A DNA stretch of 64,000 nt from positions 11,368 to 75,367 of the forward strand of contig CAZWXQ010000004.1 in assembly GCA_964637955.1 (NCBI GenBank), written 5' to 3'. Under the pieces are notes generated by a model, which did no database searches, had not been told where the DNA came from, and worked only from the letters and a program-made list of their open reading frames with translations. Both the position numbers and the translations under genes were made by a program. The stretch comes from an uncultured Gammaproteobacteria bacterium (lineage in GTDB: Bacteria; Patescibacteriota; Microgenomatia; Levybacterales; UBA12049). Of this stretch, positions 8,161 through 17,228 are shown in pieces (the stretch's first letter is position 1; the number at the start of each line of letters is the position of its first letter).

Positions 8161-9888
8161 TTACTTTTTCTTAACATATTGTAATTCAAACAATCTCTTA
8201 ATCTCATCAACTGTTGTGGATTGTTCAGCTCTCTTATCTGCATCTCGGAAAGAGACTAATCTAGGAAATCTGAGTGCAAAACCGTTTTCTGTTTCTGATT
8301 TACCTGCAGTATGAAGAGGTGAACGAGTAATTTCATCTGCTAAGACTTCTATAACAATCTTGGGCTCAATCCAGACGCTTGGCTCAATCATGGAATTAAC
8401 CCTGGCTGGTTTGTGATTTACTTTAATCTTATCTGCCCTCGCGTGGATTTCCCTCCATTCATCATCAGTTAGACCTGTACCAATGCGAGAAATCGAAACA
8501 AACTCATCACGATCTCTGTCATAAACTCCCACAAGAAGTGCTCCTGCACCAAACTCCGTCCTCTTCCCTTTTCCTACGATGTAGCCTAAGAGAACGCAAT
8601 CAATGGTATCAGAAAGTTCTCCATCAGAATGCTTTTTAAGTTTTACCCAATTAAAATTTCTTCCACCCGCTTCGTATGGGCTTTGGAGTTTTTTGATAAC
8701 CAAACCTTCAAGGCCTTTACTTATCGCGTCATCGAGAAGTCCCTGCAAAATCTTCGGATCTGTCACTGTCTGATTTTTTGTCCTGATCAAAATATCATCT
8801 TCGGGAAGAACTTTATCTAGAATTTTCATGCGCTCTGTAAGTGGTTTATCAAGAAGCTGTTCTCCATCTTTATAGAGAATGTCAAAAACAAAAGCCTTTA
8901 GAGGAAGAGCTTTTTGCGCCTCTTCAATTCCATGTTTTCTTCGTCTTTTTGTAGTCTCCTGGAATGGCAAAAATTCTTCAGACTCTGGATTATAAGCTAG
9001 GGCTTCTGAATCTAGAATTATAGTTTTGGCTTTAATTTGCTTAAGAGTTCCTTCGATTAATTCCGGAAACATATGTGTCATTTCCTCTAGATTTCTACTA
9101 AACATTCTCACCTTATCTCCATCTTTATGAATCTGAACTCTAAATCCATCATATTTATACTGGACATCTACCTCTACCATTTTCTCAATCACTTTTTCAG
9201 GATTTGGAAGACGCTCACAAAGCTCAGATCTGATAGGATTTCCAAGTCTTACTTCGAGTTTGTCTACGGCAGGTAAACCTTTTACCCATAAAGTTTTTGC
9301 AATTAATCCTAGATCAGAAGTTCTGTTATATGCGCCTTCAAGATTTTTTCTATTGGATTTATCACCAAGCTTTGCCGTAGCTAGAGCATCCAGAATCGTC
9401 GGATCTCCAATCCCAAGTCTCGTATTTCCAAGTGGAATTCTGACAAGATGCTTTGCAGAAACACCGTCGACTTTAGAGAGCAAACCAGAAAGTAATGTTT
9501 GTCTTTTTTCAACTGTTCCCTCTCCACTGGTATTGGCGATTTGAGTAAGTATTTCAAAAACTTCAGATACTGTTATATTTGAGGATTTAGAATTACTAAG
9601 TTCTTGTGCTGCTTTTCCCATATCGCCCAATTTATTAAAAAGTGCCAATACTTTTTCTTTATCACTTCCATATGCAATAGCAATAGAACCAGCAACATTC
9701 TTCTCTGCCATTCCAATTTCAATAGGAGCAAAGAAAGGAGCAATGCGACCTTGAATCAAATAAACAATCTCTTCTATTTCATCATTTGGAGTTTTTTTAA
9801 AAAGCTCTGACAATATTTCAATAAGAGACAAACGCGACGATGTCGCTTCTAACTTTTCTAGATACTGCGAGAATTCACTAAATTTCAT
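8161..9888 (-). CDS. lig: ATP-dependent DNA ligase (Lig1/LigB-like)
   Basis: KYDGFRVQIH contains the KxDGxR adenylation motif I. 575 aa. Strong RBS GAGGAG upstream. Confidence 0.9.
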   Translation of the reverse strand: MKFSEFSQYLEKLEATSSRLSLIEILSELFKKTPNDEIEEIVYLIQGRIAPFFAPIEIGMAEKNVAGSIAIAYGSDKEKVLALFNKLGDMGKAAQELSNSKSSNITVSEVFEILTQIANTSGEGTVEKRQTLLSGLLSKVDGVSAKHLVRIPLGNTRLGIGDPTILDALATAKLGDKSNRKNLEGAYNRTSDLGLIAKTLWVKGLPAVDKLEVRLGNPIRSELCERLPNPEKVIEKMVEVDVQYKYDGFRVQIHKDGDKVRMFSRNLEEMTHMFPELIEGTLKQIKAKTIILDSEALAYNPESEEFLPFQETTKRRRKHGIEEAQKALPLKAFVFDILYKDGEQLLDKPLTERMKILDKVLPEDDILIRTKNQTVTDPKILQGLLDDAISKGLEGLVIKKLQSPYEAGGRNFNWVKLKKHSDGELSDTIDCVLLGYIVGKGKRTEFGAGALLVGVYDRDRDEFVSISRIGTGLTDDEWREIHARADKIKVNHKPARVNSMIEPSVWIEPKIVIEVLADEITRSPLHTAGKSETENGFALRFPRLVSFRDADKRAEQSTTVDEIKRLFELQYVKKK

Positions 9889-9898
9889 ATTTATCTCC

Positions 9899-10267
9899 TC
9901 ATTCCCCTCTCCTTTCGGGAGAGGGCAGGGTGAGGGCGTTATTAATCATTTCTAAAACAGCTTCTAAATCTTCAATAACTTCATTGTTCCAAAATCTTAA
10001 AATCTTGAAACCTTCTTTTTCCAACCATGCTACTCTTATCGCATCTCTTTTTATCCCAATCTCTGAATTATGCTGCCCTCCATCGAGTTCTATAATTAAT
10101 CTTTTTTCTAAAGAAACAAAATCAACTATATATCTACCAATAGGATGTTGTCTTCTGAATTTTACACCATTTAACCTTCTATTTCTCAATTGCTGCCAAA
10201 ACATATTCTCTACATCCGTTTGATTAATTCTCAAATATCTAGCAGCTAAAATTTTTCGCGCTTTCAT
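9899..10267 (-). CDS. DUF559 endonuclease domain protein (Vsr-like PD-(D/E)xK fold)
   Basis: YIVDFVSLEKRLIIELDGGQH is typical of DUF559. Start placed at MKARK. The N- and C-terminal extensions of the raw ORF are encoded by the flanking inverted repeats. Confidence 0.8.
   Translation of the reverse strand: MKARKILAARYLRINQTDVENMFWQQLRNRRLNGVKFRRQHPIGRYIVDFVSLEKRLIIELDGGQHNSEIGIKRDAIRVAWLEKEGFKILRFWNNEVIEDLEAVLEMINNALTLPSPERRGE
9904..9938. repeat. Left inverted repeat flanking the DUF559 gene. Contains an internal hairpin cctctcc/gggagagg.
   Basis: cccctctcctttcgggagagggcagggtgagggcg. Its reverse complement matches 10271-10300 at about 26 of 32 positions. Confidence 0.6.
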
Positions 10268-10270
10268 ATT

Positions 10271-10300
10271 ACCCTCACCAACCTCTCCCAAGGGAGAGGA
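10271..10300. repeat. Right inverted repeat flanking the DUF559 gene
   Basis: accctcaccaacctctcccaagggagagga. Internal hairpin cctctccc/gggagagg. Also supplies the RBS for the DUF559 gene. Confidence 0.6.
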
Positions 10301-10319
10301 ATAAACGGAAAAAATTATT

Positions 10320-11366
10320 TTATGCCATCACATATTTCGCGCCTTTTGTGCTTCCTGATTTTTTCACTATTCCCTCTTTAATTAGACCCTTTAACTCATT
10401 AAGAATCGTGTCTTCTGAGACCATCGGAAATAATGACGCAAAACTCTTGTTTTGAAGATAACCTATTTTCTGAATATATTCAATTATCTTTATTTGGCGC
10501 TCAGTAAGCATGATGGGTTTGCCTCCAAGTTTTTCTTTCAGATGCGCATCAATCGAAATATTCTCAACTTTTTCTTTTATCTTAGTAAGCTCAATTGAGA
10601 GTCCTTTTGTGAAATATTCCAGCCAAACAGTCTGGTCTCCATTAAATCTTTGGACTGACTTTAAAGCGTCATAATAATCCAGAGAATCACTATCAAAATA
10701 TTCTTCAAGTGAAAAGAATTTGCGGATATCATAACCTTCCAGAAATAAAATCAAAGTAGATAAGGCGCGTGAAACTCTTCCGTTTCCATCAACAAATGGA
10801 TGAATGCGGACCAGTTCATAATGCACAATTCCTGCTTTTAGAACCGGATGAACATCATTATCTTCTAAGTTTACAAACTCCAGAAGTTCTTCAACTTCAA
10901 ATGGCACTGCAATTGATGGCGGAGGCTTAAAGCTTACCTCCCCTGTCAGACTGTTTTTAACTACCACTTGAGTCTCTCGATATTTTCCAATTTTTTCATC
11001 GGGTAATATTTTTTCAACTGTTAAGCTGTGGAGTTTTAAAATTAATTCTTCGTTAATTTCAAGTCCTTCATTTCCTGAAAGCTCTCCAATATAATCCATC
11101 ACTTTTCTATAATTTAATACCTCTTGAATATCTCGATCTCTTGCTAACACTTCATGTCCTTCCAGCACTCTTTCAGCTTGGGAAAAATTTAATTCATTTC
11201 CTTCTATGTGAGTTCCGTAGTGAACTGCTCGAATCAAAGCTTCTTTTCTAAATTCTTTTTCATAATATGGAAGAAGTGGAGCATGATCTATGACTTCACG
11301 AGCAGCTTCAATAATCCCTATACTTTTGAGGATTTTATTAGTGATATGAAAAACTGGACTATACAT
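10320..11366 (-). CDS. fic: Fic family protein (AMPylation/Fido domain)
   Basis: HPFVDGNGRVSRAL is the canonical Fic motif HPFx(D/E)GNGR. Confidence 0.9.
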   Translation of the reverse strand: MYSPVFHITNKILKSIGIIEAAREVIDHAPLLPYYEKEFRKEALIRAVHYGTHIEGNELNFSQAERVLEGHEVLARDRDIQEVLNYRKVMDYIGELSGNEGLEINEELILKLHSLTVEKILPDEKIGKYRETQVVVKNSLTGEVSFKPPPSIAVPFEVEELLEFVNLEDNDVHPVLKAGIVHYELVRIHPFVDGNGRVSRALSTLILFLEGYDIRKFFSLEEYFDSDSLDYYDALKSVQRFNGDQTVWLEYFTKGLSIELTKIKEKVENISIDAHLKEKLGGKPIMLTERQIKIIEYIQKIGYLQNKSFASLFPMVSEDTILNELKGLIKEGIVKKSGSTKGAKYVMA

Positions 11367-11372
11367 GAATAA

Positions 11373-11669
11373 TTATGCTACTTTAATTTTATAAGTATGT
11401 CTCGTTGCGTGAGTTGATCCAAAAGCTTTTTCAATTCTACCATTACCATTGGTCTCCGGCGCACTACCTGCATTTGCAGCTGCATCTGCCTCTAATCTAT
11501 CTCTTATTCTTTCTGTTGCATCTCTTACTACGGGAATACTACCTGCTAATCCTAAACCAAGCTCTTTCTGAGCTCTCAGGATACCGGCAACTTCCCTTCT
11601 TGCAGCTACATCTTCTATCTCTTGCCTTCTTAATATTTCCAATCTTCCAATAGGTCTTTCTTGTTCCAT
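11373..11669 (-). CDS. Small hypothetical protein, immediately upstream of and probably co-transcribed with fic. Possible Fic partner or antitoxin.
   Basis: 98-aa Arg/Ala-rich ORF ending 7 nt before the fic start. AGA-biased codons fit the genome. Confidence 0.4.
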   Translation of the reverse strand: MEQERPIGRLEILRRQEIEDVAARREVAGILRAQKELGLGLAGSIPVVRDATERIRDRLEADAAANAGSAPETNGNGRIEKAFGSTHATRHTYKIKVA

Positions 11670-11743
11670 AATTATCTGTTCGATATTACCTCATAATTCC
11701 CGATGAATGTCAATTGAAAATCCCCTTATGATATAATCGTTTC

Positions 11744-12031
11744 ATGGCTAAAAAAGAAAAATCAGTTGAAGAAAAACAAGAAGATAAGAAGTTTCATCTT
11801 GAGGTTATCAAACAAACTATTGCCCTTTCTACTGCAGGGTTTGCTTTGGCTGCAGCACTAGCTTGGAATTCACTTATTCAGGAATTTATAAATACTTATT
11901 TTAAGCGCTATATCCCAGGAGATGGAAAAATACTTTCAATGCTTATTTATGCGCTCCTTGTAACAATTCTTGCAGTTTCAGTAACTCTTTACCTATCAAA
12001 GCTTGCAAATAGAATAGAAAAATCTAAATAA
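11744..12031 (+). CDS. Small membrane protein, hypothetical
   Basis: 95-aa ORF with two hydrophobic helices. Lys-rich N-terminus. Confidence 0.5.
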   Translation: MAKKEKSVEEKQEDKKFHLEVIKQTIALSTAGFALAAALAWNSLIQEFINTYFKRYIPGDGKILSMLIYALLVTILAVSVTLYLSKLANRIEKSK

Positions 12032-12884
12032 ATTCCTTCATTACTTTTGGAATTTCTTCTATCAGATCGCTCGCATTAAAATATATTCCCACAGCTTCTT
12101 CTAAGCTTTCTCCTGCCTTTTTATTTATAAAAGAAGCACAAGCTGCAGAAATAAAAGCATCATTCTTTGCATAAAAAGCAGCAGTAAGTCCTGCTAAAAC
12201 ATCACCGGTTCCGCCTTTTGTAAGTCCTGCATTCCCACCCGTAATAATCATTGATTGATCAGAATTTGCCACAACATCAATTGGTCCTTTAAGGAGTATC
12301 GTAATTCCATATTTCTTAGCCATTTCAGAAACCTTATTTTGAATTTCTGAATTTAGCTCATTTGGATTTGATTGGAAATTGGAAATTGGAAATTGGAAAT
12401 TAAAGAGTTTGGAAAACTCTTTCACATTTGGAGTAATTATTGAAGTTCTTGGCAGAATTTCGGGACTAATTACCTGAAGACTTCCCCCATCTACTACCCA
12501 TTTTTTATCTGGATATCGTGATAACAAGTCTTCAGTTAATGATTTCGTGTCATCATCTCCTTTTTCCTCTCCATCAGGACGAGGAAGTCCTGGACCTATC
12601 AAAACAGAATCCGCATCTCCAATATAATCCTCTACTCTTCCCCTAGGAACTATAATCCCATTTATAAATTTCTCTTTAAGATTTTTTAAGATCTCATTGT
12701 TCATAGGAGTTGAAGAAAAATAAACCATATCGACAATCTTTGAAGTTATTTCAAAAGCCCAAAAAGCCGGAGAGTGAAATAAATCAGATCCGCCAATTAT
12801 CAGAACCTTTCCATTTTCACCTTTTCGAGAATCCGAAGCGGGAACATAAAGCTGTTTTAATAAATTCGCATCAAATTCTTCCAT
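12024..12884 (-). CDS. nnr: ADP-dependent NAD(P)H-hydrate dehydratase (YjeF C-terminal carbohydrate-kinase-like domain)
   Basis: GGNAGLTKGGTGDVLAGL matches the YjeF_C signature (GGxGDvLxG). Confidence 0.8.
   Translation of the reverse strand: MEEFDANLLKQLYVPASDSRKGENGKVLIIGGSDLFHSPAFWAFEITSKIVDMVYFSSTPMNNEILKNLKEKFINGIIVPRGRVEDYIGDADSVLIGPGLPRPDGEEKGDDDTKSLTEDLLSRYPDKKWVVDGGSLQVISPEILPRTSIITPNVKEFSKLFNFQFPISNFQSNPNELNSEIQNKVSEMAKKYGITILLKGPIDVVANSDQSMIITGGNAGLTKGGTGDVLAGLTAAFYAKNDAFISAACASFINKKAGESLEEAVGIYFNASDLIEEIPKVMKEFI
12364..12401. repeat. Heptanucleotide microsatellite (TGGAAAT x4) inside the nnr coding sequence
   Basis: tggaaattggaaattggaaattggaaatt. Encodes SNFQFPISNFQSNP in frame in the minus-strand gene. 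Confidence 0.8.
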
Positions 12885-12920
12885 ATTTTGTCATGCTGAA
12901 TTTATTTCAGCATCTCTAAA

Positions 12921-13628
12921 TCATAAAGTCTTCAAAAACCATTCAATTATTTTATCCTGAAGCTGTTTTTTTACTACTGGATTACCACTAATATGATGGC
13001 TAGAATCTTTTAATATAAATTCTTCTTTTAAAGAGGCACTATTTGCTACCTCTAAATATTTTTCAGCCATGCCCGGAACTATTACCTCATCATTTTCAGC
13101 TTTAATCATCAAGAGTTTTCCTTTAAATTCTTTTATTCTCTCGTAGGATAAGCTACCTTCAAAACCTTCAGTTTTAAGGATTTCGCTTATAAAAGTCCCT
13201 TGCTTAAGACTCATCGATGAAGGTGGAAAAGAAGCTGGAACACTTAAAATCATTGATTTGAAATTATAATCTAATGAAATCAAAGCTGCTAAAAATCCTC
13301 CATAACTTGATCCACAAATCCCAAGCCTATTCCTGTCTATATTATTTTGTGATAAAAACAACTTAAGTGATTCTCTTGCATCGTCTTCCCCTTCTCCAAT
13401 TGTAAGTTCTCCAAATTTTCCGTCGCTAATTCCACATCCTCTAAAATTAAATGCAAAAGCTAGAATCCCATTTTCTGAAAGTAGTTTAGCTAATTCAAAA
13501 TATGTTTCACCTTTTGATCCACTTCCATGGAAGAAAATAACAGAAGGAAATGGGCCATCTCCTTCCGGAGTAAATAAACTTCCTCTAAGAACGTCCTCCC
13601 CAACTTTAAATTCAACTTTTTTTTCCAT
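12921..13628 (-). CDS. Alpha/beta hydrolase (dienelactone hydrolase-like)
   Basis: ICGSSYGG nucleophile elbow (GxSxG). HGSGS near the N-terminus. 235 aa. Confidence 0.75.
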   Translation of the reverse strand: MEKKVEFKVGEDVLRGSLFTPEGDGPFPSVIFFHGSGSKGETYFELAKLLSENGILAFAFNFRGCGISDGKFGELTIGEGEDDARESLKLFLSQNNIDRNRLGICGSSYGGFLAALISLDYNFKSMILSVPASFPPSSMSLKQGTFISEILKTEGFEGSLSYERIKEFKGKLLMIKAENDEVIVPGMAEKYLEVANSASLKEEFILKDSSHHISGNPVVKKQLQDKIIEWFLKTL

Positions 13629-13651
13629 ATTGAATAGTCAATTATAAATCA

Positions 13652-14707
13652 TCATTGGTCAATTGTTAGTTCTATTATCTCCATTTTACCTTTTATTCTC
13701 GCAGGAATAAATTCTTCATGTGTAGTTGTAATAATTGTCTGCTGATCATCGCGAATTTCTAGAATAAGATTTATATGTCCTTCGTCTAACTCAGAAAAAA
13801 CATCATCAAGTAAAAGAAGAGGTTCTATTTCCATTTTTTCTTTTATATATTTGAGCTCTAATAATTTAAGCTGCAAAACTCCAAGTCTTTGTTGACCTCG
13901 AGAACCGTATGACTTTAGATCAAGAAGCTGCCCTACTCCATAATCAAAAAGGATCTTAAAATCATCTCTGTGAGGTCCGACCAGAGTAACACCAGTGGCA
14001 CTTTCTGCATCTCTGTACTGCTCAAGTCTTTCGAGCGAAATTATACTTTTATCGTACTCAATTTTAAAATCCAGAATATCTTTTTTAGATTCATTTAGGT
14101 AACTCACAAACTCTTCTCTTTTTCGGGTTAAAACCGATCCGTTTCGAATTACCAAACTGTCCCAATATTCAAATTCAGCCTCTTTTCTAGGTAATCCGTC
14201 TTTAACAAGATCTAGAAGCGCATTTCTCTGCTTTATCGCCTTGCTATAACCCAGAAGCGCAATTCTATAATCTCGATCTGTCTGCTCGAGAACATTATCC
14301 AAAAAATCTCGTCTAATTCCTGGACTACCAATCACTATTTCAAGGTCTTTTGGAGAAAATAATACACTTGGCAAATTTCCTACGAAGTCTGCTCGCCTTT
14401 TCGCTACTCCATTCACGAAATACCTTTTATACTGGGTTCTAACACCAGCTACCTCACCTACCGTAACAACTACTTCTAAATCAATGTCATCAATTTTTCC
14501 CTTAATTCTACCCATCTCGTTCCCAAGCTTTACCATCTGTGCATCTTTATCAGCCCTAAAACTTTTTCCAGTAGACAAAAGAAAAATGGATTCAATGAGG
14601 TTGGATTTTCCAGCGGTATTTGGCCCAATTATGATTAATGATTTATCAAATTTAAAAGTAGAGCTTTTATAACTTCGAAAATTTTGAAGAGATACACCTT
14701 TTAACAT
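13652..14707 (-). CDS. recF: DNA replication and repair protein RecF
   Basis: IIIGPNTAGKSNLIESI Walker A and LLLDDVFSELD Walker B/D-loop. 351 aa. Confidence 0.9.
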   Translation of the reverse strand: MLKGVSLQNFRSYKSSTFKFDKSLIIIGPNTAGKSNLIESIFLLSTGKSFRADKDAQMVKLGNEMGRIKGKIDDIDLEVVVTVGEVAGVRTQYKRYFVNGVAKRRADFVGNLPSVLFSPKDLEIVIGSPGIRRDFLDNVLEQTDRDYRIALLGYSKAIKQRNALLDLVKDGLPRKEAEFEYWDSLVIRNGSVLTRKREEFVSYLNESKKDILDFKIEYDKSIISLERLEQYRDAESATGVTLVGPHRDDFKILFDYGVGQLLDLKSYGSRGQQRLGVLQLKLLELKYIKEKMEIEPLLLLDDVFSELDEGHINLILEIRDDQQTIITTTHEEFIPARIKGKMEIIELTIDQ

Positions 14708-14797
14708 TGTTCATAAACTATTTACAATTGACAATTTTCGCAAGAGCAAACAGAGATCAAATTGTAATTGGTAAATGATAAATAGTAAATATCGGGG

Positions 14798-15538
14798 TTA
14801 TCCAATCGTAGTTCCTAAAAATTCTTCTCCCTTTAGGAATTTATGAAGATTTTCAAAGTCGCCGCCCTTCATAACTGTTACTCTTATGCCAAGCTCTTGA
14901 GCTTTCTTTGAAGCTATTGGATCAAATGGTGCGTTCATACCTGGAACCCATTCGTCCCCAACCATAGCTCTAAGCTCTTCCCAAGATATTTTATCAAGCG
15001 GCACAGCATCTTCAAATTTCTTTGGATCTTTATCGTAAACTCTTTCAATATTTGATAAGTTAACTAGCTCCTTAACTCCATAATCTTCACAAATCATCGT
15101 AGCACAAAAATCCGTTGACCATCCCGGTTTCCATCCTGAACAAATAACTAATGGTTCTTCAACTTTTTTAATTACTTCATAATGCTCTATGATCACTGGA
15201 TGAGCAATATCTCTGAAAATAGTTCTGACTAAATGTGCGTTAAGTCGAGTTGCATGAATTCCAAGCCAATCCAAATCTTCATCAGCTAACGTACCTATGA
15301 CTGCTTTTCCTCCATCAATATATTGGCGGGCTGTTGCTCCTCCTCCAGTTATTAGGAAAAATTGACGATTTGGGTTTTCGGAAAGTCTGTCTCTTATAAA
15401 TAAGTTTAATTTTGAAAGAAAGTCTGTATCAATTCCACTATTTGGAACGATTAATGAGCCTCCGAGGGAAATTACAACCTTTTCTGTATAAGTTGAACCC
15501 ATAATATTTTGCCAAAAAAAACTAGCCGGTTTCTTCAA
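14798..15538 (-). CDS. Amino-acid kinase family protein, UMP kinase-like (archaeal-type PyrH-like)
   Basis: VISLGGSLIVP and FLITGGGATARQYI resemble the aspartokinase/UMP-kinase fold motifs. Confidence 0.5.
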   Translation of the reverse strand: MKKPASFFWQNIMGSTYTEKVVISLGGSLIVPNSGIDTDFLSKLNLFIRDRLSENPNRQFFLITGGGATARQYIDGGKAVIGTLADEDLDWLGIHATRLNAHLVRTIFRDIAHPVIIEHYEVIKKVEEPLVICSGWKPGWSTDFCATMICEDYGVKELVNLSNIERVYDKDPKKFEDAVPLDKISWEELRAMVGDEWVPGMNAPFDPIASKKAQELGIRVTVMKGGDFENLHKFLKGEEFLGTTIG

Positions 15539-15661
15539 GTATTGCTGACCAAAACTTGGATCGTGCTAGAAGTTAATTCTATTCCTTTCCCCTAAAAACG
15601 TCAATAAGAAAGATTAATAGCTTGAAAATGTAAAAAACTTTGCTAAAATCTTTAATGATTT

Positions 15662-15958
15662 ATGGGCTCAAGAAACAATTCTCAACGCGGAAAGTCATAT
15701 TCCGGAAGACAAAGAGAGATAAGAAAAGATATGAGACAAAAAGGAACAAATCGTGAAATAAGTCTCGACAGACCGGCTTCCTTTCCTGATATTCCAGAAC
15801 AAACTATTGACCTTCATCCAGAAACGCACACTGTTTTTTCAACTGAAGGACAAATTCTATCAATTATTCCGGAATTAACTGAAGGACCTCAAGCTAATGA
15901 TCCTACGACACGAGAAGTACTACCTATTTCACAATTACGACCTCAGGAGAGAAGGTAA
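15662..15958 (+). CDS. Hypothetical basic protein
   Basis: 98-aa ORF, Arg/Lys-rich N-terminus. Weak coding evidence. Confidence 0.3.
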   Translation: MGSRNNSQRGKSYSGRQREIRKDMRQKGTNREISLDRPASFPDIPEQTIDLHPETHTVFSTEGQILSIIPELTEGPQANDPTTREVLPISQLRPQERR

Positions 15959-16054
15959 CTTCCAATCTAAATTTAAGGATTAGAAAATTATTCTTTGTTC
16001 AGATTCAGAACTGGGTTGACACACCTCCCTGCCCGCTAAACCTATCTCGCTTTG

Positions 16055-16071
16055 TTTTTTTTTGGGGGGGG
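16055..16071. repeat. Homopolymeric T9-G8 tract in the intergenic region, flanked by imperfect inverted repeats (ccctgcccgc and ggcaggcgggg)
   Basis: tttttttttgggggggg. A G8 run is highly atypical in this AT-rich sequence. Confidence 0.7.
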
Positions 16072-16075
16072 TTGA

Positions 16076-16918
16076 CTAGATTTGGCAGGCGGGGCAAAAG
16101 AAAGTGCCACGACCAGCTAGAAATATCTTCTTAATTTCATTACCACAAACCGGACAAGGCTTTCCCTTTTTGCCATAAACTAGAGCATGCATCTGATACT
16201 CCCCTTCCTGACCGAGAGCGTTTACAAAATTAAGCTCACTTGCACCACCATACTTCAGACTTTTTTCCATAACACTTAAAACTGATTTATAAAGTAGCTT
16301 TATTTCCGCAGAAGTCAGAGTATTCGCCCGGCGTCTAGGATCAATTTTAGCCAAGAAAAGCGCGTCATTTGCATAAATATTTCCAATACCCCCAATTCTA
16401 GTTTGGTCCATAATAAGTGGCTTTATAACAATTTTTGAATTACTAATAATCTTTTCAAACTTTTCCTCCGTCAAATCCTTAAAAGGCTCAGGCCCCATGT
16501 TTTTGAAAAATGGCATTTCACCGACTTCATCAGTTGGAACAATCCGAATCCATGCAAATTTCCGAAGATCGTTAAAATATAAAATAGCATCTCGATCTAA
16601 ATGAAAAATAATTCTAGTAGCATTGTTTGGAAGTGTTTTTACTTTATGAGGACTAACTGTAATTTTCGTTGTTTCAGGACCTCTGTAAATCATTTGCCCC
16701 GTGAGTTTTATGTGAATAGCGAGAGACTTTTTATTATCAAGATCAATAACCAATCCCTTACCAAAACGCCTGATCTCAATAACTCTTGCTCCAATAATCT
16801 GCTCGGGATCCCCTTCCAAAATTCCTTTAGACAATTCTTCAACCCGAACAAATTTATGCCCTTTAAGATATTTTTGGAGTCCTAATTTAATTGTTTCTAC
16901 TTCTGGAAGCTCAGGCAT
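16076..16918 (-). CDS. mutM: Formamidopyrimidine-DNA glycosylase (Fpg/MutM)
   Basis: N-terminal MPELPEVETIK (catalytic Pro2/Glu3). C-terminal zinc finger CPVCG...CPAC. Confidence 0.9.
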   Translation of the reverse strand: MPELPEVETIKLGLQKYLKGHKFVRVEELSKGILEGDPEQIIGARVIEIRRFGKGLVIDLDNKKSLAIHIKLTGQMIYRGPETTKITVSPHKVKTLPNNATRIIFHLDRDAILYFNDLRKFAWIRIVPTDEVGEMPFFKNMGPEPFKDLTEEKFEKIISNSKIVIKPLIMDQTRIGGIGNIYANDALFLAKIDPRRRANTLTSAEIKLLYKSVLSVMEKSLKYGGASELNFVNALGQEGEYQMHALVYGKKGKPCPVCGNEIKKIFLAGRGTFFCPACQI

Positions 16919-16940
16919 ATGATGTGGAGATTATATCAAA

Positions 16941-17228
16941 TTAACTTCTGTCAAATTCAAAATCCGGCTTCATTTCATCAATTCTTTCTCTTTCTGATTT
17001 CTGCACAGCGTCAAGGCTTTCCTTTGGTGCAAGATCCCTAAATCCAGTCGCCATAAGAGTTGCTTCAACCAGTGTTCCAACTCTAGTAAAATCATCAGAT
17101 TTATAAGCGACTTCTTCCAATATGTAATCTGCAACTTCAAATACTAGGCCATTTACATCCTCATCTGGAGTTTCGTTTGGAATAACTATCCCTAGCCAAC
17201 CTAACCTTTGTTGATTTTCTGCACTCAT
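16941..17228 (-). CDS. Hypothetical protein
   Basis: 95-aa acidic ORF overlapping the NUDIX gene by 4 nt (operon). Confidence 0.45.
   Translation of the reverse strand: MSAENQQRLGWLGIVIPNETPDEDVNGLVFEVADYILEEVAYKSDDFTRVGTLVEATLMATGFRDLAPKESLDAVQKSERERIDEMKPDFEFDRS

Noticed and set aside
8058-8243. 61-aa ORF overlapping the ligase 3' end as a real gene
   Set aside because: Its only informative part is the C-terminal peptide duplicating the ligase tail. The remainder overlaps the ligase in another frame. It is better explained as a relic 3' fragment.
12364-12401. CRISPR array (short direct repeats)
   Set aside because: The repeats are 7-nt tandem microsatellites without spacers and lie in coding sequence. 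No cas genes are present.
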